Shown here: one piece after another, positions 45,901-56,764 of the stretch
Numbering within the stretch: position 1 is the stretch's first letter
Layout: every line of letters begins with the position of its first letter
From: a virus
Virus record (IMG/VR): IMGVR_UViG_3300009703_000014
Location: 2,236 to 66,235 of that record
DNA: 64,000 nt
Strand: one strand, 5' to 3'
Position numbers and translations under genes: made by a program
The notes under the pieces: generated by a model
What the model saw: only the letters and a program-made list of their open reading frames with translations
Told to the model about the DNA's origin: nothing
Database searches by the model: none

Positions 45901-48900
45901 TTACTTCTTATCTTAATGCTGCGGGGATTAATACTGTAAAGAAGGGAAATGAGTTAAGAGTGATGCCTCTAACAGATAAGGACGTAAGGAATATGTCTAA
46001 TGGGGACTTAAAAGATCCGGGAGCCATGCTTATTGGAAAAAACCTAGGTTCTAGAAAAGGCGGTCTTTTTGATCCAGAAATTACTGGAGGCATTAAAGGG
46101 ACCCAATGATCGCATATCAAGCTCACTGCACGTATACCTAATCCTATGTATGAAGACGCAATTATGAAAGCTTTAGAGCTTACACAAAATAAGTTTGAAG
46201 CTATTATGAAAGGTAAAGAAACTCTTGGTAATAAAACAGGCCCAGCCGCAATTGTAAACGCTTTAAGCAATTTAAATGTTAAGGAAGAAATTAAAAAGGC
46301 TAAAAAAGCATTAAAGAGTGCTCCAGAAACAACCGTTAATAAGTTAAATAAGCGATTACGTAATTTGGTGGCATTAAAAGATTTAAAAATAGGTGCTAAG
46401 GAGGCATACACAATGCAGAATGTTCCTGTACTCCCTCCTTCTTTTAGACCTGTGTACCCCCTTCCTAGCGGAGATCTCATGGTCAGTGATCTAAACAAAC
46501 ATTATAGGGATATTGGGTTAATTAATTCCTCTTTAAAAAAGGTGTGGTCTTCATTAGAGGATGAAGACAGGCTATCCTCTACGAACGACTTATACACTTC
46601 CGTTAAAGCAATGCAAGGCTTTATAGATCCAGTAACCTATGGTAAGGAAAAATATCAGGGGATATTAAAAGAGCTGGGCAAAACTAAAACTGGCCTACTT
46701 TTTGAAAAGGGGTGGTCTAAACGACAAGACTTAAGCGCCAGAAGCACTATTACGGTTGCACCTAGTTTAGGGCTGGATGAGGTAGGACTCCCTAAAAAAA
46801 TGGCTTTCACAGTTTATAAGCCTTTTATTGTCAGGAGTTTAAAGGAAAGCGGCTTTAAAGCTAGAGAGGCTTTAAAACATGTAGAGGACCAAACAGACAT
46901 TGCTTTGAATGCTCTACAAGGTGTATTGAAAAAAAGACCTTTGCTATTAAATAGAGCTCCGTCTTTGCATAAGCACTCTGTGCAAGCTTTTGACCCTACT
47001 CTTAGTTCTGGAAAATCAATACAGCTTAATCCCCTAATTGTGGGTGGATTTAATGCAGACTTTGATGGTGATACAATGTCAATTAATGTGCCAGTAGGTA
47101 AAGAGGCTGTAGAAGAGGCGAAAGGAATGCTGCCTAGTAAAATACTTTTTAAAGCTGGCGATAGCTCTCTAATACCACAGATAGCTCATGAATATTTATT
47201 TGGTCTTTTTATGCTATCTGAAATTAATGGAAAGAGTGACTTGAGTTTTAACTCAATAAGCTCTGCTAAGAAAGCAGGCATTCCATGGACTACAGAATTT
47301 AAATTAAAAGGAGATACAGTAACTTTAGGGCAATATTATATTAACGCTGAACTACCTGCGGCTTTAAAAGACTATACCCGAAAATTAGATAAGAAGGCTG
47401 TAAAGAAGCTTTTAACAGTTTTAGCTAAAGACCACCCTTCTTATTTTACAGAGGTTATTAATAGCTGAAAAACTTTAGGAGCACACTATGCCTATTTAAG
47501 AGGCAACACTATCTCATTAGATGACTTTGCTATAGATAGGTCTTATAAAAATAGAATTTTAAATAAAGTGATGCCTATTATTGATAAGATGAAGGGAAGG
47601 TCAAAAATCGAAGCTTTAAATAAAATGACAGTCTCTGTACAAAAAGCACAGGATAAAGCCATGAAGGGTAGAAATAATAATATATATGATATGCTTAGAT
47701 CGGGGTCTTTTACAAAACCTGATTCTGTGAGGCAAATTTTGTCCTTTCCAGGCGTAGTCTCGGACGTAAAAGGGCAGCCTATTGAGCACCCCATACTTAA
47801 ATCATATGGGGAAGGACTAGACACTGCTTCATACTTTAATTCAATGTACGGTGTGCGTAAAGGCCAGGTAGATAGGTCTGTTAATACTCAAGAGTCTGGT
47901 GCCTTAAATAAAGCCCTTCTAAATGTTACACGACGTTTGTTGGTTACAGAGGAAGACTGTGGTACTTTAAAAGGCTTAATATTCGGGGTTACTAATAAGA
48001 ATATATATGACCGTTTTTTATTAAAAACGGTGGCTGGTGTAGGGAGACGAAATGAAATTGTTGGGGGAGAGCTTATTATAAGGGCTAAAAAGAAGAAAAT
48101 CAAAGAATTGGAAGTAAGAAGCCCTTTGACCTGTGAAGCAGATCAAGGTGTATGTCAAAGCTGTTATGGGCTGCTGCCTAACGGAAGTCCAGCACCAGTC
48201 GGAACAAATGTAGGGGTTTTAGAATCCCAAGCCATTACTGAAAGAGCTACGCAACTTACAATGCAAACTTTCCACTCAGGCGGAACTGCCTTAGGAGGTG
48301 GTGGTATTGTTGCAGGGTTTCCTCGGTTAGAGCAGATTTTAAAAGTGCCTGAAAAGCTCGGAGGAAAAGCTACTTTATCGGATGTAAAGGGTAAAGTTAA
48401 GAAAATCAAGAAGAATTTGACAGGAGGATATGAGGTATTTATAGAGGGGTATGGTGCTAAGAATGATAAGAGTTTTGTAGTTCCCGCTGGACGCCAAATT
48501 ATACTTAAAGTAGGTGATTCGGTAGATAGGGGAGATCCTATATCAAGCGGCGTTATTAAACCGCAAGAGCTCGGAGCACTAAAAACACATTTAGATGCTC
48601 AAAAGTATATGGTGCGTGAAGCTTCCTCTGTATACTCCGGAGACTTTTATGATAAAACGTTTGAAACTGTTATAAGAGGCATTAGTGATAATGCCGAGGT
48701 TACAGACGCTCCCGAGGGCTCAAATGTACTACGGGGAGATAAAATGCCTGCTAGCTCTTTGAGAAAATTAAATAAAGAAAGGCGAAAGCTAAAATTACCT
48801 AAAATTAAATTTAAAGAGTATTTTAAATCTATAGATACTTTAAATACAGATGCTAGAGATTGGCTGACTAGAATTACAAGTAACAGGGTGAAGGCCGGGC

Positions 48901-49022
48901 TCATTACAGCAGCCTCTCAAGGACAATACTCTAACTTTAAGGGAAAAGACCCTATTCCCGCATACTTATATGGGGACGACTTTGGTAAAAAATCCGACCC
49001 GTCTAAGGGACACTTTTATTAA
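42948..49022 (+). CDS. Multisubunit-type RNA polymerase, fused beta-beta' polypeptide (2024 aa, 4 TGA=Trp)
   Basis: beta motifs (TPESGRVG, GNRASTAGRM, GYNFED-like GFNFEDG, GDKLSGRYGNK, NPHGVPARMNVGQ) and beta' motifs (GGLFDPEITGG, NRAPSLH, catalytic NADFDGD, TQLTMQTFH) in one frame; TGA at 43446, 45837, 46107, 47466. Confidence 0.9.
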
Positions 49023-49034
49023 CCACCTCTTAAT

Positions 49035-49712
49035 ATGTTTAATGACATAGATGTTGATGCTTATAGCGAGCAATTTAGCAAAGAAGGTTTTGTTTCAATA
49101 CCAGACATTTTAAATAAAGATACTAGTATTAGGCTTTTAAGAAGTTTTTCAGAGATACCGTGAAATAGTAAATTTATTAGTTTGTTTGGCGAAGACCATG
49201 TGCCCTCTACCATGGTAGAACGCATACCTGAAGGGTGTATTATAGAAAAAGCTGAAAAAGATTTTTCTTTCTACTTTGATTTTTTTGAGCCTGAAAAAGG
49301 ATTAGGGCTATACGAGGTTACGGATATTTTAAATAACTTTAAACAGAGCGATTTTATGTTAAAAACTGTACAGCAAATTACAGGAGATACCCACCTTAAA
49401 AACTGCTATGCTGCTTTAACACGCTACACACCCAACAGCTTCTTAAAAATACACGACGATAACTTTAGTGGGGATTATGGAGAACGTAAACTGGCCTTCG
49501 TTTTACACCTTACACCAGAATGACGGGCCGACTGGGGCGGATTTACTTTATTTGTAGATAAAGACGATTACTGTAAAATTAATAGGACCGTGGTACCTTC
49601 TTTTAATACTTTGCACTTATTCAAAGTGGATCAAAATAGCACTCACTGTGTTACTCCCGTAGCCCCCTTTGCTAAAAATAGATATAGCCTATCAGGCTTT
49701 TTACATGTTTAA
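49035..49712 (+). CDS. 2OG-Fe(II) oxygenase, prolyl-hydroxylase type (225 aa, 2 TGA=Trp)
   Basis: HDD...RKLAFVLHLTPE[W]RADWGG...HCVTPV...RYSLSGF; the TGA falls on the conserved WxxxWGG motif. Confidence 0.85.
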
Positions 49713-49715
49713 CAT

Positions 49716-50249
49716 ATGCCTTACTTTGTAAGAACAGAACAACTAGCCATTTGCTGGCGTCAACACGAGTTTAATGTTGAAGCCTTAGATGGACGCATAG
49801 AGAAAGTGGGAGATGACTTGCCTTGTTATGTAGTCGCCCACCATCCTAACAAAAACTGATCTTATAATGTAGGCATAATAAAAAGAACCACCCCTATATT
49901 AGGATATAATGAAGTAGAGAAGCTAGGCAGAAAAAAAGAAGGACATCCTTCTTTATATTATGAACTAGTTCCTGCTGAGCATTATGAAGCTTATATAGAG
50001 AAGGGTGGTTTTTCTAATGAGCTTAACGTAGAGCAGGCGACTGTTCCTAAAGCGACAGTCATTAAAAGCAGCCCAAAACCTGTTAAAATGGAATTACCTA
50101 AGCTCCCGGAGCCGGCATCACCAACAGAGGGTGCTGAGCTTCCTACTAAAACAACCCCCTTACTTCCTGAAGAGTGGACTGACTCTCCTAAGCTCGTAGA
50201 CGGGTCACAAAAACCTATATATACGTACAGAGCCCCTTCCAGAAAGTAA
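49716..50249 (+). CDS. Hypothetical protein with Pro-rich C-terminus (177 aa, 1 TGA=Trp)
   Basis: Fills the gap exactly between oxygenase and PhoH when TGA 49857 is read. Confidence 0.65.
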
Positions 50250-50268
50250 GAAGTACCGGAGGAATATA

Positions 50269-51012
50269 ATGCCCAAAAGCGTGGAATATCTAAATGATTG
50301 CTCACAGCCCTGTAATAATGTAAGACAAGTGATATCACAGATGCGTCGTTGTAAGTGAGACATTACCTTTAAAACTCCTAACCAAGAAAAGTTTTACGAT
50401 GCTATGCAAGATCACGATGTATCTTTTTGTGTAGGACCAGCAGGTACAGGAAAATCCTATATATCAGTACATTTCGCATTAAAACAGCTTGTTAATAAAA
50501 AAAATGGTATAGACGGCATAATACTGTGTAGGCCTATGACTTATCTGGATAATGAATCTATAGGGTTTTTACCTGGAAATGTTGAAGAAAAAATAGATCC
50601 TTTTATGTGGTCCTACTGAGGGATTATTGAAAAAATCCTAGGAAAAGCTAGAATGGAGGCTTTAGTCAATACTGACTTAATTAAAGTAGTCCCTGTAGCT
50701 TTTTTAAGGGGTCTAACTTTAGACAACAAAATTATTTTATATGATGAGGCCCAAAACTCAACCGCTACTGCTATGAAGTCTTTGCTTACTAGACTAGGAG
50801 AAAGTTCCAAGATGGTCATCATGGGGGACTTGGATCAAACAGACAGAAAAAGTGCCAATGGTCTAGAAGATGCCATTAAAAGGCTATGGGATTTAAAAGA
50901 GGTAGGATATGCAGGATTCACTAAACAGGATATTGTACGAAATGGCCTTATTAAAAAGATCTTGAAAGAATATGAAAGGGAGCCCTGCTTACAGGGTATT
51001 CCTAAATTTTAA
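50269..51012 (+). CDS. phoH: PhoH-family ATPase (247 aa, 2 TGA=Trp)
   Basis: GPAGTGKS, GFLPGNVEEK, LRGLTLDN, DEAQN, TRLGESSK, GDLDQTD; alternative start at 50341. Confidence 0.9.
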
Positions 51013-51015
51013 CGT

Positions 51016-51051
51016 AAAAAAAGGGAGGGGGTATAGCCCCCTCCTAATTTA
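51016..51051. terminator. Terminator between convergent phoH and minus-strand block
   Basis: A7-GGGAGGGGG-TATA-GCCCCCTCC hairpin. Confidence 0.7.
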
Positions 51052-51882
51052 TTTAATAGCTAACACATAGTCGGCTAATGTCTCTGCTTCGATTTGAGGC
51101 GGAGATTCCTGTGGTGCTTTATCACTGCCCCAACAAGACATAAAGCCCGAGGGGTGATGGAACCACTCAGGAAGTAACTCTTTTAAGTGCTTACCCAGGT
51201 CTACCTTCGACCCAGGACGTGTCCTTACTCCTAAAGTATTGATTGATGTCCTTTCGAAAATCAAAAATTTTGCTCCTCTATGGTAGAGGACACCGCTAGT
51301 GAACGGCTCTTTTGCATTCTTTATGTAAGCAATATGGGGGGCAAACCAGTGCGCTCTATCCGCGTCTTTTATTGCCCTTTCTCTTGATAATTCCTTTTCT
51401 AATAGACCTTCTATAATTATAGCCCAATGCTCAAGTATTTTAAAGTCGTCTTTTTTAAATTTAAACTTTAAGGCGCTAAATGCTTGAAGTATAGTAGGAA
51501 AGTCAGAAGGAATTTTATATCCAGCATCCTTATAAAAAGAGCTCCAGTTCCCTACAGCTTCTAAAGAGTCTAAAAAGTCTGCTAAAGGCTGAAAAGCTTT
51601 ATAATATACTCCCTTATCAATCATATTCTCTAAGATGAGTGTGAAAGCTGATCCTAGCTTATTCTCATTATTTATGAGCAAATCTTTACCTTTTATTCCA
51701 TGACCTCCTGCAAAAATATCGATTGCCAGGTCTCCGGGCTTTAGCCCGTCTGGTCCAGGCTCCCATGAGGAGGGGACTAACTTTATGTTCTCTAAACTTA
51801 TTTCTTTATTATGCAGCATCATTAGCGCTATGGATGATGCATTATCGAGATCCACATTTACATGTGTATAAACTGTTTTCAT
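51049..51882 (-). CDS. Hypothetical protein, possibly DHH/MYG1-like hydrolase (277 aa)
   Basis: N-terminal THVNVDLD and C-terminal WFHHPSGF motifs. Confidence 0.5.
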   Translation of the reverse strand: MKTVYTHVNVDLDNASSIALMMLHNKEISLENIKLVPSSWEPGPDGLKPGDLAIDIFAGGHGIKGKDLLINNENKLGSAFTLILENMIDKGVYYKAFQPLADFLDSLEAVGNWSSFYKDAGYKIPSDFPTILQAFSALKFKFKKDDFKILEHWAIIIEGLLEKELSRERAIKDADRAHWFAPHIAYIKNAKEPFTSGVLYHRGAKFLIFERTSINTLGVRTRPGSKVDLGKHLKELLPEWFHHPSGFMSCWGSDKAPQESPPQIEAETLADYVLAIK

Positions 51883-52149
51883 TTATTTCTTCCTTCTAAG
51901 TATGCTTGAGGCTATGGGGGTCATACGCATCACGTGCCTATCAAACTTTAGTATAAACTTCGAGACTACATCATCCCTTTGTTTGTCTGTGAGTGGTGTA
52001 TCTTTTAAACTTGCATAAAGGATGTTTTTTATTTTTGATTCAAAAGCTCCTATCTCTGCATCAAAAAAGCTGTCATCAGGTATTAACTTTACTTTAGCAT
52101 CTTCTAACAACTTTTTTGCCACTTTTAGCTGTTCGTCTAAGGTACCCAT
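51883..52149 (-). CDS. Hypothetical protein (88 aa)
   Basis: ORF track; abutting neighbours. Confidence 0.65.
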   Translation of the reverse strand: MGTLDEQLKVAKKLLEDAKVKLIPDDSFFDAEIGAFESKIKNILYASLKDTPLTDKQRDDVVSKFILKFDRHVMRMTPIASSILRRKK

Positions 52150-52740
52150 TTATACTACAGACCTATGAAAGAAGAGGGAGTCTTTTCTATCTTTCCAGCT
52201 GCTTTTAACAGCTTTCCAAGACATTGCATGAGCAAATTTCCATCCTTCCTTTCCTAACTTTTCTAGAATGCCAAACTCAAAAGATTTGTCTAGTACAACC
52301 TCTTTCCATTCCCATTTACACTTCTGAAGTTCCTCTTTTAAAAAGTCTTTTACCTCTTTAGAGGACCCTTTAGTTCCATTCAAAATGCGCACTTCCTTGA
52401 TGGTGGGCACTTCCACAGGCACCTCAATAATCTTATCTGAATATACTGTTCTGGTAGGCATCTTAGCTTGTCCTGCTTGAGTAGCATCAATAATTACAGC
52501 TCTAGTCTCTGTACGAGCATACTTTTTACTGTTAGCTTTTTTGCGGGTTTTTCTAAGAAGTTTTTTTTGATTCTTTTTTTGTTCTTCGTCTTTTTCCATA
52601 AGTTTTAGATATCCGGCTGCTTTGGAAATACGAGTTTTAGTAGGCGTTTTTGCCAAGATGTCCTCTAAACTCATACCCTTCTTTTTCTGATCAACAGTCA
52701 TTCCGGCGTCTATCTCCTCTCTTGATCTACGTACTCTCAT
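52150..52740 (-). CDS. Basic hypothetical protein with DUF4177-like C-terminus (196 aa)
   Basis: KWEWKEV...LEKLGKEGW pattern. Confidence 0.6.
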   Translation of the reverse strand: MRVRRSREEIDAGMTVDQKKKGMSLEDILAKTPTKTRISKAAGYLKLMEKDEEQKKNQKKLLRKTRKKANSKKYARTETRAVIIDATQAGQAKMPTRTVYSDKIIEVPVEVPTIKEVRILNGTKGSSKEVKDFLKEELQKCKWEWKEVVLDKSFEFGILEKLGKEGWKFAHAMSWKAVKSSWKDRKDSLFFHRSVV

Positions 52741-52749
52741 AGTACCTCC

Positions 52750-52935
52750 TTACTTACTTCCTTGTATTTTTAAAATATGTGAAAATATATCGCTAATCGG
52801 CAAATCCGGGGCCATTGTTTGTTTTAAATCATCGCTTGCGTCTAGAAGATTTTTCATCGCTTTGTCCGTTTCTTTAATTGCTTCTTCTACTTCCTTAAGC
52901 ATCTTCTTCAGATTTTTGTCCTCTAATAAGTGCAT
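52750..52935 (-). CDS. Small coiled-coil protein (61 aa)
   Basis: ORF track. Confidence 0.5.
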   Translation of the reverse strand: MHLLEDKNLKKMLKEVEEAIKETDKAMKNLLDASDDLKQTMAPDLPISDIFSHILKIQGSK

Positions 52936-53188
52936 GTATTTCCTCCAGTTCTTTTGCTAAGTGTGCGTCTGCATGCGCTAGCCTATCTATTTCTAACAGG
53001 CTTTTTTCAGCGTTCTTGCATGTTGTTATTATTTCATGTAAAAGACCAAAAACATCTCTAACATCGGCGGTCGGGTTCTTGCTCATATAAGATGTCATTG
53101 CCGTGCCATAGTCTTTGATAAAGGCGTAGTATGGATGGTTTTCCACACTATCTCCTAAAAATCCTTTTGAAAAATCGTCTATATTCAT
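52895..53188 (-). CDS. Hypothetical protein (97 aa)
   Basis: ORF track. Confidence 0.6.
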   Translation of the reverse strand: MNIDDFSKGFLGDSVENHPYYAFIKDYGTAMTSYMSKNPTADVRDVFGLLHEIITTCKNAEKSLLEIDRLAHADAHLAKELEEIHALIRGQKSEEDA

Positions 53189-53190
53189 TG

Positions 53191-53799
53191 TTACTCCAAA
53201 ATGCTATCTACAATGCCGTGCTCTACTGCTTGCTCGGCTTCTAGATATAAGTTTACTCTTGCATTACTTTCCCAGTATTCAGCTGTTTTTGTGCAGCACT
53301 TCTCTAATAAGTCATACATTTTAATTTGTAATTTTTTAATGTGAGCCGCTTCCGTTACAATATCCCTACTTGTCCCCGATAATAGGGTAGAAAGCTCATG
53401 TACCATTATTATGGAGTTTCGGGTGATTGCTCTTGTGCCTGTTCCTGCAGCTAATATAAAGGCAGCTGCTGACATTATAGGGCCCCTGCCTAGGGTATTG
53501 ATTTTTACGGGTGCTGCTTGAAGTACGTCTATCGCCGCAAACATTCCGTAAACGTCACCGCCGTAAGAAGTGACCTCTAAAGTAATAGGATCGTCTTCCC
53601 TCTTAGGGTCTAGTGTCCTAATAACGTTGATACGGGATTTTATAAATCCCGCCGTATATATGTCAATTTCGTCTTCTAGATAAATGATCCTATTATCTAG
53701 ATCGACCGCGTAATCTATCTGTGCCAGTGCGTTTGTAGGGGATGCTTTGTTAGAACCAAGTAAGCTTCCCAAATCTCGTGTATTTTGTGTATCGGGCAT
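53191..53799 (-). CDS. clpP: ClpP-family protease subunit (202 aa)
   Basis: RIIYLEDEI, TSYGGDV, catalytic Ser in IMSAAAFILAAG, His in IMVHE. Confidence 0.85.
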   Translation of the reverse strand: MPDTQNTRDLGSLLGSNKASPTNALAQIDYAVDLDNRIIYLEDEIDIYTAGFIKSRINVIRTLDPKREDDPITLEVTSYGGDVYGMFAAIDVLQAAPVKINTLGRGPIMSAAAFILAAGTGTRAITRNSIIMVHELSTLLSGTSRDIVTEAAHIKKLQIKMYDLLEKCCTKTAEYWESNARVNLYLEAEQAVEHGIVDSILE

Positions 53800-53813
53800 A
53801 TCCTGCTCCTTTT

Positions 53814-54194
53814 CTAAGTTATTTTATTTAAGATTGTTTCTGTGTTCTTTAATATTTTCTGTAAAGCTTTTAAATTATGCGCCATCACTTCATAAGTAAT
53901 CATACTTAAGGGGTCTTCGTCTACAGTAAATAAGTCTACTAGAGAGTATCGGTTCCCTTTAGAGTCATCTATTACCATGAGAGCGCCTTCACCGTCTTTT
54001 AAAGGTTTAATTCCCCGAGATTCAATAAACTTATGTAATTTATGTAAATCTTTATCCGTACTGGGCGTAGAATAAGAATATAAGGTTTGTGAGGATGCCG
54101 GCGTTGACGGATCCCAGGCTAGTGTCGCAGTGCTTGTTGTTACATTGTATTCTAAGCTTGAGGTGTCTGTGTGTACTTTATCTGAGTTTTTCAT
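53814..54194 (-). CDS. Hypothetical protein (126 aa)
   Basis: ORF track. Confidence 0.6.
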   Translation of the reverse strand: MKNSDKVHTDTSSLEYNVTTSTATLAWDPSTPASSQTLYSYSTPSTDKDLHKLHKFIESRGIKPLKDGEGALMVIDDSKGNRYSLVDLFTVDEDPLSMITYEVMAHNLKALQKILKNTETILNKIT

Positions 54195-54483
54195 TTAAAA
54201 AAAGTGGTTTTGGTTTTTTATGCTTCTTTTCTAAAGATAGTATATAAAGGTCCCAGTCTTTAACTGGATCAGCGGGGTTAGTTTGAACATGCTGATGGGC
54301 CTTTCGTCTAGGTTTAATTAATTTTGTATTATAAAAAAAGTGCCTAGAAAGCCGTTTATTGCTCACAATCTTAGTAACATTGCTGGCTTTTTTAATTGCT
54401 TTTTCTTTACTTACTTTATATGCATTTTCTTCGTTTCTTGTCAAAAGTACAGAAAACGCTATAACTATTAAGAGTGGTTTCAT
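54178..54483 (-). CDS. Hypothetical protein (101 aa)
   Basis: ORF track; hydrophobic N-terminus. Confidence 0.55.
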   Translation of the reverse strand: MKPLLIVIAFSVLLTRNEENAYKVSKEKAIKKASNVTKIVSNKRLSRHFFYNTKLIKPRRKAHQHVQTNPADPVKDWDLYILSLEKKHKKPKPLFLNEKLR

Positions 54484-54512
54484 GCTACCCTTTCCTTTAA
54501 TATAAGTTTAAA

Positions 54513-54713
54513 TTACTCTGAGGGCAAGTCTTCAAACTCGCCCTCTTCTATAAGCTCTAGAACTACTACAGAATTTTTGCCCCTCACTATGAGAGGTTCA
54601 GGCCTATTGGAGGCAGTCCACACTTTTTTTAAGTGTGCTGTATCTAAAGTAGGCGTATCTGGATATTCTTTCAGGACTTTATATGCCTTATCTTGGAATT
54701 TGAAAATACGCAT
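54513..54713 (-). CDS. Hypothetical protein (66 aa)
   Basis: ORF track. Confidence 0.55.
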   Translation of the reverse strand: MRIFKFQDKAYKVLKEYPDTPTLDTAHLKKVWTASNRPEPLIVRGKNSVVVLELIEEGEFEDLPSE

Positions 54714-55158
54714 TTTTCCACCTCCCTGCCATATATAACATAAGCTCTGTAGAAGGCTTTTTACTTGATCTTTTACTTAACACTCTTAAATACTTTAAAG
54801 TCCAAATCCTGTCTAAAAAAGTTTTCTTACTGAATCTGGTATTGAAGTATTTTAAGTCGCTTTCCATGCAGTCTACCACCTCCACTTTATACCCGCAATC
54901 TCCTGCCTTTTGTATAGAGTCTTCGTATAACAAAGGGTCTTCGTTTGGGGCGTCTACAATAATTAAGGGGGTGCTTCTGTCTATCTCTTTACTTACTCTT
55001 TTATAAAACGTTGAATATGCGCTAAGCAGTCTTGTTTTATTCTTTGGGTAAGTGAAAGTCATAATTTTCGCACTGGTAGACCCCTGTTCAACCAGCCCTT
55101 CTGCTACTGTTGTTTTTCCGGTTCCCGGAAGCCCTTTTAAAATTATAAATTTAGCCAT
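54688..55158 (-). CDS. P-loop kinase, AAA_33/PNK-like (156 aa)
   Basis: IILKGLPGTGKTT, IIVDAPN. Confidence 0.75.
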   Translation of the reverse strand: MAKFIILKGLPGTGKTTVAEGLVEQGSTSAKIMTFTYPKNKTRLLSAYSTFYKRVSKEIDRSTPLIIVDAPNEDPLLYEDSIQKAGDCGYKVEVVDCMESDLKYFNTRFSKKTFLDRIWTLKYLRVLSKRSSKKPSTELMLYMAGRWKNAYFQIPR

Positions 55159-55202
55159 GTTAACTCCTATTTTATGTTAAGTATTTAGTTTCTATTACTT
55201 CT

Positions 55203-55212
55203 TTCTTATACC
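55203..55212 (-). promoter_or_regulatory. GGTATAAGAA promoter-like motif (one of 7 copies)
   Basis: Exact TTCTTATACC on + at 42923, 55203, 56347, 59639, 61460, 61874, 63744; six are intergenic and upstream of minus-strand units. Confidence 0.65.
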
Positions 55213-55224
55213 TATTTTGAAGGT

Positions 55225-55252
55225 AAAAAAAAGGGAGCAAGGCTCCCTTTTT
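55225..55252. terminator. Intrinsic terminator
   Basis: A8-GGGAGC-AAG-GCTCCC-T5. Confidence 0.8.
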
Positions 55253-55267
55253 AAATTACTACCAAAA

Positions 55268-55684
55268 TTAAAAGACGCGGAGATTGCCGCCTCTGAAACC
55301 TCTGTTGTTGCCGGGGGTCCATCCTGATCGCGGCCCCGTTGCGAAGTATCCCTTAGTGGAATAATATTTCCAAGGATGTGACTTAACCGTCCCTGTTTTC
55401 CCGACTGTCGATACTACTAACTTTTTCGACGTGAGTATATTCATCACTCGTTTTTGGTTTACTTTGGTTAACTTTCCCAAGCCTGTTTGTGAAAGTAGTA
55501 CACATACCCACTTTCCTCTAACGATAACTTCGATCGCGCGCAGAGCTTTGTAATTGTTAAAATGTTCTTTGATTTGTCCTGCCAATAAGGCAAGACTAGC
55601 GGCTGTTTCAGCACTGCCCTTTGTGCCATTTGTAATAGCATTTGGGCGTATGAAAGTCGCTTTTCCTATAGTCAACGTTTTCAT
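55268..55684 (-). CDS. Basic hypothetical protein (138 aa)
   Basis: ORF track; its ATG overlaps the upstream gene's TGA (ATGA). Confidence 0.65.
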   Translation of the reverse strand: MKTLTIGKATFIRPNAITNGTKGSAETAASLALLAGQIKEHFNNYKALRAIEVIVRGKWVCVLLSQTGLGKLTKVNQKRVMNILTSKKLVVSTVGKTGTVKSHPWKYYSTKGYFATGPRSGWTPGNNRGFRGGNLRVF

Positions 55685-55896
55685 TGTTTTTGTTTTCCTA
55701 TTTTATACTGTTTTCCCGATAATAAGCTTACAAGTAGGCCTATGCCAGCGGCTTGAAAAAATGACACCCGAGTAAAGCTGCTAACATCAGGTATTACAAA
55801 ATTCCAAAGCCACATAATTAGGAGTGACCTAATTAAGAAGGCGCCTAAAAAGATGCCTATCGGTAGTAGAGTTTTTACTGCTTTTATTGTTTTCAT
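55681..55896 (-). CDS. Small membrane protein (71 aa), ends on TGA
   Basis: Two hydrophobic helices; ATGA overlaps at both ends. Confidence 0.65.
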   Translation of the reverse strand: MKTIKAVKTLLPIGIFLGAFLIRSLLIMWLWNFVIPDVSSFTRVSFFQAAGIGLLVSLLSGKQYKIGKQKQ

Positions 55897-56141
55897 ATTT
55901 TCTTTTTCTTTGTTAATCTCAATCCCAAGTCATCTAAATAACCTGCTTTCTCCATTATCTCTGGAAGAAGTTTTTTTAAAAATTCCCAGCGCTCAGTGTG
56001 CTCGTTTAACTCTTGAACTATCTGATTAATACGGGGAATTATAATGTCCGCCTTCTTCTCGCTTGATCTTATTTTCTTTATCATTTTTTCTCTTTTCTTC
56101 CCTCCGTAAATAGTCACCGACACCTGTGGCAGTCGGGGCAT
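55893..56141 (-). CDS. Hypothetical protein (82 aa), ends on TGA
   Basis: ORF track; ATGA overlap with the next gene. Confidence 0.55.
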   Translation of the reverse strand: MPRLPQVSVTIYGGKKREKMIKKIRSSEKKADIIIPRINQIVQELNEHTERWEFLKKLLPEIMEKAGYLDDLGLRLTKKKKI

Positions 56142-56307
56142 TAGAGGTTTCTACTACCTTGGGGTAGTATTTAAGTTTCTCGTTTTTCTTCACACAGCGA
56201 GAGATAAACAATGCCTCCTCTTTTGAAGGGTAAATCCCTTTCAAAACACAACATGTGCCGTATTGGCTTTGTTCGTAATTGATTACTGCGTAGTTTATTT
56301 TACTCAT
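56026..56307 (-). CDS. Hypothetical protein (93 aa)
   Basis: ORF track; overlaps previous ORF, boundaries uncertain. Confidence 0.45.
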   Translation of the reverse strand: MSKINYAVINYEQSQYGTCCVLKGIYPSKEEALFISRCVKKNEKLKYYPKVVETSNAPTATGVGDYLRREEKRKNDKENKIKREEGGHYNSPY

Positions 56308-56349
56308 AAGAGTCCTTTATTTATTTTAAAAAAATATCCATCAGTATTC

Positions 56350-56760
56350 TTATACCATAAAAATATATTTTTTGGCTTTCTGTACGGCAAAGCTAAACCC
56401 TATGGTACGCTGCATGGTTATATGTTGGGTGAGTCCTATGTTTTCTAATATAGTCGAGGTGGGTAAATCTTTTAATTCTAAGGGAGTTAATGTCTTTAAA
56501 TAGAGGTGGAGTACATATAGCATTCCTTTTACAAACTGAGATTCCGAATCTATGTGTGTGTGTACTTTGTTGTTTTGTATGAAGGTGTGTAGGTAAGACA
56601 CAGAGGCACACCCTTGGATTAGGGTGTGCTCGTCTCTGTGTTCGGGGGGATATACTGGGGCCGCCTTGGACAGCTCCAATAAGTATAAAAGTTTATGTTT
56701 GCCTTGTAAACTGGCTAACATTTTAATGTGTTCATTTAGTGTGTCTTTGTTTTTCATCAT
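56350..56760 (-). CDS. sufE: SufE-family Fe-S metabolism protein (136 aa)
   Basis: LIQGCAS, DSESQFVKGML, LTQHITMQRTIGF match the SufE pattern. Confidence 0.75.
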   Translation of the reverse strand: MMKNKDTLNEHIKMLASLQGKHKLLYLLELSKAAPVYPPEHRDEHTLIQGCASVSYLHTFIQNNKVHTHIDSESQFVKGMLYVLHLYLKTLTPLELKDLPTSTILENIGLTQHITMQRTIGFSFAVQKAKKYIFMV

Positions 56761-56764
56761 ATTG

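Noticed and set aside
55681-55896. ATGA overlaps as proof that TGA is a stop on the minus strand
   Set aside because: Supportive only: readthrough would add just 3-5 residues. The stronger evidence is the absence of TGA among about 80 minus-strand Trp codons.
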